Under the pieces are notes generated by a model that was given only the letters and a program-made list of their open reading frames with translations, had not been told where the DNA came from and did not search any database. The translations under genes and the position numbers were made by a program. Positions 23,636-37,626 of a DNA stretch of 64,000 nt are shown one piece after another (the stretch's first letter is position 1; the number at the start of each line of letters is the position of its first letter). The stretch is from Antedon mediterranea (taxonomy: Eukaryota; Animalia; Echinodermata). The stretch lies in assembly GCF_964355755.1 (NCBI RefSeq), contig NC_092670.1, positions 17,780,795-17,844,794 of the forward strand, written 5' to 3'.

Positions 23636-26600
23636 TTAAGTAGGCCTAATGGTTTGCGCATGGGATACTCGTTACGGTTTGTTTCATCTGGTACCGTAAT
23701 TGTTGGTAACCTATACTATTACTAAATAGTTATGTTAGCTGCTTACTGAGCTTTTCATTGTTCTGTTAACTGCAGTAGACAGACGTCAGTTTGAACTTCA
23801 ATTGTGTTAACTGATTGATAATTATATATGGTGATGTATTATTCAATGGAGGACACAATGATTAAAAGTAAACCGAAACTTCATCCTTTAAATTCTGTTT
23901 TCTTCAACGCGTAATTATGATAAAGTAACTCTGTAATGAACTCTGAAAATAATGTAGGAAATAGCCGTAAGGGTCTCGTCAGCACTTTAGCATTATGAAA
24001 ATCTTCATTAAGATAAATACCAAGTGTCTGTTTCATATTCACGCGCACAGAATCAATTATTTTAGTTCCCGTATGAGTACTTCATTGTTAGGTTGATTAT
24101 TCTTCCACCCTTCGTCGTTCATTCATTAACCTACTTCTTTTCATTGTCTATCCCATTGCATTCCCTCCATTATTTAATTTGTTCGTAACAGTGTGGTTCT
24201 CTATCTTTATTCTTACATGCTTGTAATGTATACGTCTCTTCGATATTCAGTTGATCCCAATTTAATTTATATTAATAAATACAGTAATTTAAGTATGTTG
24301 TATTTCATAATAGTTAGTATGTTTAAATCTATTGTATTCGCTCCCGGCCTAATTAGACCAGTCAGTTTAGGTCACCATAGTGTAGTTAATGTGTAGAGAG
24401 ACATGTTCATTTTGTTCGTCACAATGGTTAACATTCTTTATTCGTTCATATAGGCCTACATACATAAACTTCCTTTCTGCTCCTGTAATAATTCGTTCTT
24501 TTCTTGTATATCTTTCTTTCAATCAATCATTCGTTCATTCAATCAATAATGTCTATCTTCTTCAATTTGTCATTTTATAACAATGTATCAGGTTAAATCC
24601 TAATTAGCTTGTGTGGCTATTCACACGTATAAGATAGGCCTACATAGTAAATTAAACAAGCATAATATGTCGATGTTAATATCTTTAAATGTCAGTCCGT
24701 CTATAACGACGGTCTTTATTGTACTTTAAAGGAATCTAATATCGATATACGCAACAGTGATATGTTTAATCGACGTGTATGCGAGGGTTACGTAGATTAA
24801 TTTCACGGCGATAACAACAAGTTGTGGCAGACGCGTTGTATGAAAATGAATTGTGTCCATTCCGTTATTTATTTCTTTTTTGATTTCATCCAACACCGAG
24901 CATAAACTGGCTAATTACAGGATGGATAAACTAATTTAGTTTAGCCTATCGTGCACGTTAACCATCAAGCTACAGCTCCACTATCGGAGCTGGTCCAACA
25001 TTTTATTCTTATTTTGACACATTTTCTTATGCGTAAATGATAATAACAATGTTTATTTCCAATAATAAATAATACAAATAATAATGATTTCGTTCGCAGT
25101 TGGAGTCCCCCGGATCTAGCATGTGTGTTATTTTATTGTTTATATTGTTCATATGAAATTCGGAATAAATTGAATATTGAATTGAATAGACAAATAATAT
25201 TCCAAAAACTGGCCGCTTATATACGACGTCTATAAAACTATGGACGTGATTCCCGCAACGCAAACACACAATGTAAAATTGGAAGATTATTTTCTTACGT
25301 TGCGTAGGTTACGTTGCGTTGCTATAGTGGGAACCAAGCCTTAGCATAGATATCTAACTCGATACAACCAAGACAATTTAAAAACGATTATTGCCTTGAT
25401 ATGACATTAATGATATTATAATAAATATCCTACTTTTGCATTTTTATTAGACTGAAAAAAATGTCAATTTGTTCAAATTGTGAGGTAATATCGAATGAAA
25501 GCAAAAATTAATTAAGAGGATGGCAAGCAATGTTATAGTCTGTCTTATAATATGCTCATAATGTGCCCGATAAATTGCTGAACGTAATTTCCGGATGGAA
25601 TTGTCGATAATGAAACGTCAAACGTTAGCATTTCGACCAAAACATGTTTTAGTGTAATGACAATTTCAATTATCTTGGTCTAAAATATTTAGCAAATATG
25701 CATATTCCAGTATAGTATACTCCACCTATCCTTTTCTATTGTAAAGATATTGCGGTTTAATATACTGGTATACCATTACAAGAATTGTTCAAATACTAAT
25801 GCCTATAATTAAATATTTGCTTGTCAAGACAACGGTAGAATTTGTATTTACCAAGAGATTGACTTTATATACTGTAATTAATTCGGCAACATGCACAGAA
25901 GTGCTCGTGTAAATACTGGCTAATATTAATTTAAGTTGACTAATTAAATCTTTGAGATATTCAGTACACAAAAGTTATTTATTTTAAAATAATTGGTGAA
26001 ATATGTTGATGAGACTATAGCTTGGTTCCCACTAGGACGAAACACAAGGACATATAGGACGCAAGTGAGTTGACCAATGATATGTGACAGTTCGAATGAT
26101 CTCGCTTGTGATTGGTAAAATTACTTGCGTTGCGCGTAAGTTCTTGTTCTCGTGTGGCTAATTAAAGACTATGTAGTAAATTATTTTTGTATAAATCTTG
26201 CTTACCTACATACTATAAGCCGTACCTTGGGAATTAATTGTGTCGAGTAGGTTATTATTGAATTAATTAGTGTAGAATTATTGCTAACAACCAATGTCGT
26301 AAACTAACGTTTTACCATGAAATAATATGACGTCTTAGATGAGAGAGATCCCTTCATCTGACCCTTGTATGAGAACGAAGAAAACGACGTTCTAGCTTCG
26401 TTCCCACTTGGACACAACGCAATGACGTAAGCACAACGCAAGTGTTTTATGAACTGTCGCTGAGATAAACTTCACTTGCGTTGCGCCACGTCGTTGAGAT
26501 GGGTCCAAGAAGTACGGCGTGGTACGGCATGGAACTGCACATAAGTTCTCAGTTGTACAAATGTGCAACAGGACTATTTTTTCAGTTTAATTTAATTTTA

Positions 26601-26807
26601 ATTAAGCTAATTTTGAATTCAATTAGTTTCTAATAATCCTTGACACATTTTGAACTGTTATGTTATTGGGTTATTACCGCCACGATTATCAGCTTTTATA
26701 CGCGTCCTAGTCCATCTGTTGTATGCAGGCCTAATAAGGTGATTATTTTTGATTGGCGGTTTTAATTATGTTATTTTTGTACCCGCACCATGCATTATCA
26801 CTTTATA

Positions 26808-27873
26808 CAGGCCCGTAGCCAGGGGGGGTTATGGTTCGGGCGAACCCCCCCCCCCCCCCTTTACAGTGAACCCCCCTTAACCGACTGCGAACCCCCATCC
26901 CCGACATGCCCAATACCTCACCTTCATCTTCAAAAATCCTCCAAATACGTGCCCCACAGTACAAAAAGTTGTTTGTAAATTGAAAAATTCGTAAACTTGT
27001 TCGTGAACCTTCTTCTCTGTATGAGCGTCAACTAGCGATACGTGTCTGTAAATTTCTAAAAGCTGCAAATGAATTGCCGATTTTAACCTGAAAAATAAAT
27101 GTTTGGTCCCTGCATGTAACATGATATTGACGCGTCTGATAGCGAACTGGGGCACGAACGATTCGTACAAAAGACACCGCCAGACAACTGCGTACCTATA
27201 ATTGTTTAGATCACTGGCAGTCAGGCAGCATGCATAAAGTATATAGCCTTCCGACGTACATCAGTATTTTTGTGTGACTATGAAGTATTGAAGTATTGAC
27301 TCCTAAAATGTATCATAGAGGATTATAGTGAATATTAATATTTTACACTATAATATCTATGGTATCAAGTACTGTAGTTCACATTATGGCATCCGATTAT
27401 TTTTTTCTAGACCACCAGCCGATACGTACTAAAATGTATCAATATCACCTATTTACATATTTATATTCCTCAACAAATTGCTGTAAATAAATATTATAGA
27501 TAGAGCTAGCAAATAGCATTTGCCTTCAACCAGTGTGCTTTTTTCGGGGCTGCTCCTAGATGTACGTTCGCATTGAACTTGAATGCAAAACAAAATACGG
27601 AGTAAATGATCAAACAATCGGCGGTTCCGCACAGAGCACGCGCATCTAACATACGGCAACAAATAGTTATCGTCCTTTAAATTATCGACGTGTTTGAGAA
27701 GGAGGAAAAAAGTACGATCTTTTTGCTCATTGGTAGCATGCTGCACGAGAGTGTCTTTTCCGGCCATCTAGGGGTGTCATTTAACAAAATTCGCTTCGCA
27801 TCAGGGGGGGGGGGGGTTGACCCAAATATTTAGTGTCCGAACCCCCCCTTGACAGATCCTGGCTACGGTCCTG
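26808..27873. mobile_element. hAT-like non-autonomous element, 1.07 kb
   Basis: TIR CAGGCCCGTAGCCAGG / CCTGGCTACGGTCCTG, subterminal G-run/GAACCCCCCC motifs, and TTATA directly repeated on both flanks. Confidence 0.8.
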
Positions 27874-30800
27874 TTATATATGCGTATTTATTAGGCCTAT
27901 TAGTTTGTTTTTTTTTCATGTGTTAGCCAATTCGTGATGACACATTACATAAAAATAGGCCTATGCCTACTAACTTCAGAATATAAGTATTTCTAATGCC
28001 CAATGTCGTTTTATTAATGGTATACGTACACGAGCAGTGTGGATCACTGTAATAGAATTATATTTGTTGAAGATTTCGTCATTACTGCTATTATTGTTGT
28101 TATCATTGGGTAGGAGTAGTATCATCCATTTATTAGCGTATCATAAATACCAAGTAATTATACTTGATTGTAACTGTATCTGATGCTCCCTTGTGTCTAG
28201 CCAATGGAACGCGTTCATAATAATTTAATTGCGTTTTCATAAGGATGAGTGGATTGTCAACAAGATCTGAACTCGTGTTCATACTTAAGAAGTGTGCGCT
28301 TGGAAATAATGATCAATATTAATCGATAATACGCATCTCAATTTTGAAATATTCTAATTCAACGGTAACATTTATTGTGTCAGTTTAAAAAGCTTTTAAC
28401 GTGTCAATAACAATATCAAATCACGTTAATGGTAAGTCAAATTATTCTTTATATTCTATTTTTTTTTCTCGAAACTATTACATTTCCAACTTAACTTGAG
28501 CTCTTTAAAAGTCTATATTGTTTATAATATTCATAGAGCAATTATTAGGGATTTTTTCGAGATTTATCCCATTTTGAATCAATCAAAGATAGAAACGACT
28601 TGTTCTATTCGATAAAGTAATAGTTTATCCATCCTGTAACTGGCTAGTTCTCGCTGTTGGATGAGTATGACATCAAATGAAAATGAAAAAAATGTAAACA
28701 TTTTGAGAAAATATGTTGACATTGAGAAAACGGCGTTCTTTAGAGCAAAGTTTAAGCAACGCAAGAGAATGACGTAGGCCTAAAAACGCACCACATTTTG
28801 ACGCGATGGATCATCGGAACTGTCGCTTGTGATGATCCATGAAAATAAAAATTTGGGTCGATGACAACGAAATAATCGACTATAATCAAGCTCAGGTACA
28901 CGTACACCATCGTTGTCAGATTCTATATTTTGATTAATGTTGTCATTATAATGCGACATTATGATATTTATAGTAGTGGCTTATAGGATCTTATTTACTG
29001 TATTTGTAACATGAGTAGACGTCTTTATTCACTGTTAACAAAATGATAGTTTTTTTGTTGTTGTTTTTTTTTATTAAAACGGCGAAATGGCCAATTCAAA
29101 GTCTCTTTTTTTTGCATTAATTTTCATTTATGTTTTTGTGGGACAATACTTCTTTAAAGAAAATGTTTATTAATTATAATTATGAAATCAAGAATGATAT
29201 TTCCCGCTTTTGTGTTGAACCTTCGACGCATGGTTTCACGTCGGCCAGTTGCTGTTATCAAATGGGTCAACAATTCTGACAGTTGTACCAAATACTATAT
29301 CATTTGGAGAAACTTTGAAAATGTTCGAAAGTTATTTTGTAATGGATGTTTACTAGGCCTGCTGTATGTTTATTTTGAATGCCATCTGGTTCAAAGCAGC
29401 CCTTTTAAGCGCTTATACAATAATTCATTTATTATTTTAACGCATGGTTGACAGAGTAACAAAGGCGTAACTGAACGGTATTGTTGAGGGTTGTCCCAGG
29501 CCTCCAGTCGATCTAACTGAGTTCGTGGCCGCTGTTGTTGAATGACAAGACACTGGTTAAATGCAGTTCATATTATAGGCCTAGTAAGTTATAGTTTTGA
29601 TTTGTGAATATTTATTATGGCAAATCAATAATTCGACTTATAGTAGTGTCTCCTGCTTTGAAGAAGATTTCTAGGACACGTCTGCTGTCATACAGAGATC
29701 TAGTTAAGCAAACCATGGAGGTATAAAAAAGACATCGGGGTTGAATTAGTCTAACAACATTCATGGAGGAATTTCCAATGTCACATTAACTCAAGATTAT
29801 TGGTAATGTATTGTAATTTTCCCTTTTTAGCACCGGCACCGATTGGTTTTTATGGCGGTTTTATTTATGCACGCATATTTATGTCTGCATTAATGGAATC
29901 TCTTATAATTAAATTTAATATCAGAGAGCAGAACACAATTACATTATAATATGTTTTTGTTTTGCGACCTAGTATAGTGGGATCAAGCTTTAGAGTTAGT
30001 TAGTTAGACGCGTAGCCTATGTCTACTAAATCTAAGATGATCATACTGAAAACCAAAGAAAGAAAACAGAACACAACATTCAATAGTTGAAAACTGATGT
30101 GTTTTGTTGTAGTAGGAGAGTGGCAAACAATGATATTATTAATATGATTTATGTATTACGGAACTCAAATAAGATATTGTAGTTTTGATTGATATTATAG
30201 TAGGCCTAGGCCTAATTATAGGCCTAATAATAATAATTTTCTAGCCGATTCTCAAAACTGTATCTTAATTTGCCCATTCTCATTGGCAAATACCGTATCA
30301 CTTGTGAAACACATATAAAACCTGTGCCAAATTATCCTTAAGTTTTGACGTGTGATACACATAACACATGAGATGCTGTATTTAGGAATACTCGAGAAAT
30401 ATTTCCATTTATGGAGATACGTCCTTAATCGGGTGGATTTGTCAAAATATCGTGATTTCAATACAGTAGGCCTAGATTGTCAGGTCCATTTAGATAAAAA
30501 GAGCGTATACTTTTCGATTCAGGGTCCTGCAATGGAATCTTGAGCGAAAGTGCTTGATCTACGAAACCTTTGTAATATGCCATTCTGTTATTTCAACCAT
30601 TATGGAGAAATTAGTTTTTAACCTGCTTCTTTTGAACTCCTACTTTTTTCCATTAACAATTAACCGATTACCATATTTTCATTAAACCGTATAATAACAA
30701 CGAACCGTTTAATACATAATAAGCTGTCCTTTGTTACTTTGAGGGTGGAAAGGGGAATATAAAAGGTTTTAACAAAAAACGGAGTTTTAAGGGGGTGTTC

Positions 30801-33219
30801 AAGCTATTTGACAAATTTTTCGATTTACAAGCGCAATTAAAATTTGACAATCGTCATTTGTATCAGTCACCATGGAAACATGCGTGCCAAACGCTGATAC
30901 TACTTCGCGGCGTCGAATATCAATGATGAAGTGAGCTTGCATAAGTATTCATTAATATGGTTACATATTGGCAATTAATCTAAATTCATAACATTCAGTT
31001 AAGAAAGTGCGTATTCAGAAGAATCTATTAAAGTTAGATAAGATAAGATGTAATTAAATTTATTTCCCTTCCTTTCAACAAACTAAACCATCATGCTAAA
31101 TTTCGAATTAAATTTCTGATTAATATCTTTTTTTTGGTCGTATCTTTCAATTACCTTTATACGCAAAAGAAAACCAATTAATTAAACGAGAACCAAGATT
31201 TTATTATGATGCTTTTACTATAAATGCATCGCAAGTATTGCGTTTGTTTTCATTGTTTTTTTTTTTGCTTCCGTGATATTATGTGAATTAATAATTTGAT
31301 ATGTAAAGGCATGTTTAAAAATAAAACACTTCTTGAGAATATTATTATTGTTGAATTGAATTGACAACTTTATTTCGGCAACAAAAAATGTGACAAAAGT
31401 CTGATCCCAGGAAAATGACAACAGTTGGTACTGAATAGTGACCATGATAGTTTCACCCCCTCAAAAATAGCCAGTGACATCGGTAGGCCTACTAATGTAC
31501 CAAACAGTTTGTACTAAAACAAGTATGTTCGTTGACGATGTCCCACACCTGCGTCACTCTCCATTTATGCTTCGGACACGTACAAAACTTTTTATCTTAA
31601 AAGCAAGATTATTGCAGTGAGATTTCTCTTGATGTGGGTTTATAAAATCTGTGTCAATCCTTCATCATTAATATTTTACTCGTAATTTCTCAAAATGAAG
31701 TGTTTTTGACAGTTACGTCCGGTTTATACATTAAACACCTATCTGTGTGATTTTAAATGATCATGTTATTGTATTCGCGTGGTGTCACTTCCCTAAGGAG
31801 ATATCATTATATCCTAAATTCATTTATAAAAGGAGATTTGTTCTATCGTATTTTCTTAAGTAGAGTACGATATACATTATAAAAAAGTGCGGTGTAAAAT
31901 GGTCTTTTGCTCAGGGCGGCGGCGTCTCTGAGAGTCCATCACAACACAGGCCTAATGGATAGATTATGAGACTCTTATCTGCGTTCTTAAATACTTAAGA
32001 AAATTGTCAAACATAGATATAGTCTTGGCATCGTGAATGTCAAATTTAATTGGCTAAATTTTACTTCTGGGCATTGTTTCAAATTTACACTTGGTTTTTC
32101 CAAAGGGTCATTTAAAAATGACCCAGTTTCGGTCAAGCCCTCAAAGGGAGATCAATCACCAGATCTTTGGCCTGAAAGAACAATTAACAAATGATAATGG
32201 AAACAAAATAAATCCACCTGATTGATTTTATTCGATTACAATAGGGATGTTTACTAGTTTAGGTTATAACTTATTTTTCCATGGTTTATGTAACTGAAAA
32301 GATTCCCACTGACTGGAATGAAATTTTGACCAATCACAACGTGATGATCATCAAAGCTGTCGCTTGTGATTGGTCAACTCACTCACTCACTACTTCGTTG
32401 TTTTGCGTCTGTTGTGGGAACAAAGCTTCATTTGAATTATTATCGTAGTATCTGCAGAAATTATTCACAATTTAACTGCCTTGCTATAGAGTACCGCATT
32501 TACTTTTAATATGATAGACAATATATCATTCGTATCCTTAGTAATAAGTATGAGTATAGGTTATACCTTTAAAATAGTATAATCTATTAATAAATAATCG
32601 TCTTTAATGTCACCGCGTTTCCATAGATATTAATAAACAGTTTTGAAAATTATCGATTACAACAGTTTCAACATTCAATCATTTCATTAAGTTTAGATTA
32701 CAGTTTCTTAATCACATTTAGGTAGTATATCACTTTGTTATTTCTTGTGTATACGTAAGCCTAATAAGATTAATTCAAGTTATGACATCCAAGTCTAAAA
32801 TTTGCAAGAAAAAAACATTATAACGAATATTAAAAGCAGAGCAGCACAAAAACAACCAATCACAGGCAAGATGTAAGCGTTGTCTTCAAATTGTGTATAT
32901 TATCTATCTCTTACTGAGTGATCAAGACATTACGATGCGCGCACACCGTGTTGGTGGTTGTAGATCGTTCTGCTCTGTATGCCAGCAACCTGCCACATCT
33001 TCCATACCCACTGAGTATTGTTTTGAGTTCCTCCCAGATATCATTTTGAGGCATTAGTACAGTAGGTGTTTTAAGTTCTAATAGCCTCCGTGACCAGTCA
33101 GTAATGTAACCGTATCCAGACGTTTCTTATATCCGTTAGACAAATATTGTAGATAATATTTGTATACTCGAAATAAATTAAGTACGCTGTATTGCTTTGT
33201 CTTTCAGGCTGCCTCTTTG

Positions 33220-34227
33220 ATGGAGTCCTTTGGAAATGAGACAGTGGATGAGTTCAATCCTGATGATTGCGATCTACCCGATATAACAAAAACCAGTTTA
33301 TATCAGAACAAAGTGATATTACTCATCTATACAGCTCAACTACTGCTACTCTGCTTCTTCATCATAACTGAAAACTCGATTATCCTTTTTGCCTTCTACA
33401 AAGTCAGGAAACTACGCCAACGAAACAACGTGCTCATATGCAGTCTGTCTCTGACAGACTTCTGCACTGGCATCATATTGCCGATTCAGATGCTAGGCCC
33501 CCCAAGTGTCATCGATGTTATAAGCTTTTCAATGTTTTTTATCTCCGTGTTGACTATACTTTTGATAGCGATAGAACGATTTTATGTCCTGGTTATCATG
33601 ACGAAAAGACTTGAACGAGATCAAAATAGAAAGAGCGCGCCGTTAATATGGACATGTGTCGGACTTTGGGTGGGTACATTAGCCCTGTTTGTCCCATGGG
33701 CTATGAAACCATACGTGTACATATTAATACTGTATACCGTTGCACCACTGAGTGTTATTATTGTAATGGTGGGTGTTGTTTGTCTCTACATAGCTATATT
33801 TTATTCTATACATAAGATGGACTTGCAGAAACAAAGTTACATTGGCAAGAAAGACTATCAGCGGACAAAAGTAGTTCTGCGTGCGTATGGTATTATCGTC
33901 GTGACGTTTGTACTTTGTTGGTTTCCATGGAGTTTTGAAGCCCTTCGTATTGGGGTGCAAGTTTACTTAAATGTTGAACCAAACGATCGTCAATGTTACT
34001 ACGCCAGTATCACCGCATGTTTTCTTCTTAACATAGGTATATTCAACTCCGCCTTAAATCCCATCATTTACTGGAGAAATCTTCCAGATTTTCGAGAGGC
34101 TATCTGTAGTGTTTTTAGTTGCTGTCCTTGTAAGTGTGTGCAGGAGAAGTCTCTCGTTGACGAAGAGACGTCTTCAAATTTAAGAAACAAGCCAACGTCA
34201 TTAACAGATCTACATATGGAGGCCTAG
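33220..34227 (+). CDS. Class A GPCR, single coding exon, 335 aa, paralog of 18516-19490
   Basis: A splice acceptor CTTTCAG at 33201-33207 precedes the ATG at 33220. N-glycosylation site NET; TM1 EN, TM2 SLSLTD, TM3 IAIERF, TM6 CWFPW, TM7 NSALNPIIY; Cys-rich tail CSVFSCCPCKC. Confidence 0.95.
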   Translation: MESFGNETVDEFNPDDCDLPDITKTSLYQNKVILLIYTAQLLLLCFFIITENSIILFAFYKVRKLRQRNNVLICSLSLTDFCTGIILPIQMLGPPSVIDVISFSMFFISVLTILLIAIERFYVLVIMTKRLERDQNRKSAPLIWTCVGLWVGTLALFVPWAMKPYVYILILYTVAPLSVIIVMVGVVCLYIAIFYSIHKMDLQKQSYIGKKDYQRTKVVLRAYGIIVVTFVLCWFPWSFEALRIGVQVYLNVEPNDRQCYYASITACFLLNIGIFNSALNPIIYWRNLPDFREAICSVFSCCPCKCVQEKSLVDEETSSNLRNKPTSLTDLHMEA

Positions 34228-35018
34228 AAGTATAAACAACACGTGCGCGTTCAACTACTGTTAAGATTTGATTTTATGTTACATTATATTGTCTCCGCCG
34301 TGATTTCACTGATGACTGGAAAGAGCTACTGTACCATTATAAGAGAGATCAAAAGAGTTCTGATACATCTGTATATTAAACCGAGAATAGTCGTGTTGCT
34401 CATCCAATCTGGTTAATATATCTTAGTAATTTGAAAAAAAAAACTGAAATAATTCAAACTATACGTCCATATGCCTGATTTGATGAAATGAAGACATCAA
34501 ATGCGTTACCGGACGGACAGACTATCAATGAGGCAGGCTAACCATGTGAAGTTTGTGTGAAACGTTTTAAGACGCAATATTTGTTATCTGTAGACTTAAG
34601 CCTATTTAGTAAATTAAAAAATATCAATTATTTGCTATATATATATTAAAATATACGTACTGTAATGTACTTTCTGTTGTCGTGTACTTTGTGCTAGTGA
34701 CAGTGAAAACATGATTGTTGCTGATGCGTACGTTTAAACGTGACGGTATGGCATGTACTAACTGATGACGTGTGCGCGTTTAAATACTGATATAATACTT
34801 TAGCATGATTTAGCAATGACAACGCGTTTAAATAATTAGTATGGTAGTTAACATTGACGCACGCATTAGATTATGACAGTAACGGTATGGTTTGCACGAC
34901 GTCGTTTGCACGCGTTTAAATAATCAGTATGGTACCGTTTTAACTTTAACGCACGCGTTTAAATGATGATCGATTTAGTACTGCAATGAACTCGTTACTG
35001 GATCAAAGAAATACTTAA

Positions 35019-35161
35019 AGCTCTGTCTAACTATCAAACTAATTTGACAAAAAAGTATAATGTGCCCAAATAGGTATGGTAGTGATATGACATCATCATG
35101 TCCATATATGGACACATAACATTTTTATTGTCACATAAAGTTTGATAGTGTAAACAGAGCT
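35019..35161. mobile_element. Harbinger/Tourist-like palindromic MITE (family A)
   Basis: TIR AGCTCTGTCTA(C)ACTATCAAACT / AGTTTGATAGTGTAAACAGAGCT with TSD TAA. Other copies lie at ~36778-36870, 41045-41176, 48768-48925, 49783-49808, 53394-53519 and 60106-60240. Confidence 0.9.
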
Positions 35162-37065
35162 TAAGATGAAAGATGGGTGACCTGATTATTTGTTAAAAGT
35201 AATTATTTTCGATTTTCCCCTTCCGTCGTAATTGAGATGGACGATACGACACCTGCGACCACCGTGTATGACATTGAACGACCGACGATCCATATCCATC
35301 CTTCCTGCTTCAACATTGAAGTTGAACAAAATAGTAATACTAGTATTACTAGTATTATGAAAATGGCAATATTTGTAAGTAGCTATGAATAATTTGACGA
35401 TAAAAAATTGTAATAAGTAGATGTTAACATTGTCGTAGTATTTCCTTAGGGGTTTTCGTGTGTATTGAATCTTATAATGATTATTACCAGAAAAACAGAA
35501 ATAGACCAATCAATATAGAGAGCGAACCGACGCGAATATTTACATCAAATACACCCGCATCACTCGATATAAAAATATAGGTACAGTACGTGTGGGAGAT
35601 TATAGGAAGACAAGGTGTGACGTCATGTTTTTTGGTGACCGAATATTATTTGGTGGTTGATGAAAAAAAAAATTTCTGACTATTGTTTAATATTTAATGT
35701 CCATTTATTTTGATTATTTTCATCGTTAATTTTGTTTAATTAATTTTGATTGGTGATGTAATGTCCATCCATGGGTCTACCTCAATATTCTTGTAACCTA
35801 AATACGTTACATTGCAAAAGAAAGTATATCCATTCCTGAAGATGAACAAAATAAAGTTTGAAAATATGAATCACATATTTTTGGAGTTTCTATCAAACTT
35901 ACTATTGGACACTCGGAGCAGTATGTGTAAGCTATTTGATGAGGATGAGGATGACAATAATGTGACAACGATTATGAATTATAGGAACATGTGTAAATGA
36001 TTATGTTTATTATGTTGTTGATGAGGATAATATGATGTTTATTTGAAACCCGGATGTCTCCAGATGTCAATTCACTTGATGTACTGCTATAGTTGTACTC
36101 ATAATAACTAATATCAAGCGACGATCGAAACGCATTCACCGCGCGCTGTTAATTATCAATGCAGATATTGAGAAATTAATTTAGAGAGCATGTTCATGTT
36201 TTTCAAGCATCTTCAATTAATGTTTTTGGAATTGTTTTTTTAATCAAGTAATTTGTCCAATCACGTGGTGGATCAATGGTCGCTTGTGATTGGTCAACCC
36301 TTGCGTTACATCTGCGTCGTTGCTCTCTGCGTTCAAGTGAGAATCTAACTTTAACCAGCAAAATCAACACCGTACATTTAAATTATCTTTAGAAGCATGA
36401 TTGTCCTTTGCTCTCGGGAATCAGACGTGTATATTAATAAAATGTTTATGTGACACAAATCAACTATTTATCACTACAACACGTATATTTATCCACTATT
36501 TATTACTAAACTTCGTTTGTGAGGTGAAAGTGCCAAGTTTCATTATAAACAATATAGTTTTTATGTATTTATTTTATTAGATCCTTTGAATATTTATTGA
36601 AATTATGCGGAACAAGATGGTTTGAAATACATGTAAGCACATCAAATCTGAAATGAAAACAATTAATATATAATGAGTTTGAGGTGGGATGAGTTTATGT
36701 TCATTTCATTTGTTCTAATAAGTAGTATAAAATTATATTGCTCCGATAAAAATGGCAAAACTTCAGCTCAGTTTTAAAGCTCTGTCTACACTATCAAACT
36801 ATATTGAAGTGTGATGCGCCAAAATATGGTATTGGTGCCCAAACATCATCATTTCCATATAACACTTTCTTGAATGTTATCTGAACATTCTTAAAAATCA
36901 TTGAATTTAACTTTTATTCTTTAATATGGGAATGTTCAGTGGGGGTTTAGATAAGTCCCAATACCTCTGTATAACGGCATGATATATAGATCATTAATTG
37001 TAATGATTTGCATGTTTTCCCATCTCTTAAAGTATGACTAAACGTATTGTTTACGTTACATGTTA

Positions 37066-37626
37066 TTATAGGTCGCCAGCTACACTAAACTCCTTAGCAC
37101 CCATAATCTTGTCCCCGCCTTTAAGCGACAGACCCCGTGCATCCTCAATCTTCTTTGTGGCCGTCGCAACAAACATATCTTGTTCTTCTTCGTTGCCAGT
37201 TTTAACAGTTATCTCTACTGTGTACACGCCGGGTTTCTCGGTTTCAATCTGTCAAAAAGAGTGAAAGTGTGATATATGAGAGGTAATAAGGACCAGACCC
37301 ACTATAAGGTCTAGAAGATCTATAATTTTGGAAACTTGATCCGCGGTATCCCCGGTGTGGTGGTATAATTAAGAGTTAAAAATAGCACAAACATTAAGTA
37401 TAAATTGTCTAGCCTGGTCTAAATGTAAAGAGTCAGAATAGCATCATCGAACCTTAAATGTCCGTGCTTGCTCGCCCACCAGCTCACAAAGTTTGTCTGC
37501 AATATCTTCATGTGAAACTTCTTCTTTAAACCTAAGTCGAACAAATCGACTTAGCACGAATTCTTTCTTCTTTTCAGATACATGCATGGTTTTAACATTA
37601 CCGGGGCTACTCGATCCACAACCCAT
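37066..37626 (-). CDS. Uncharacterised 118-aa protein with N-terminal myristoylation/palmitoylation motif, 2 exons
   Basis: Exon 1 37626-37453 (ACCATGG context; MGCGSSSPG...QARTFK|GT) joins in phase 0 to exon 2 37248-37066 (CAG|IETEKPGVYTVEITVKTGNEEEQDMFVATATKKIEDARGLSLKGGDKIMGAKEFSVAGDL*). Both exons are richer in GC than their flanks. Confidence 0.82.
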
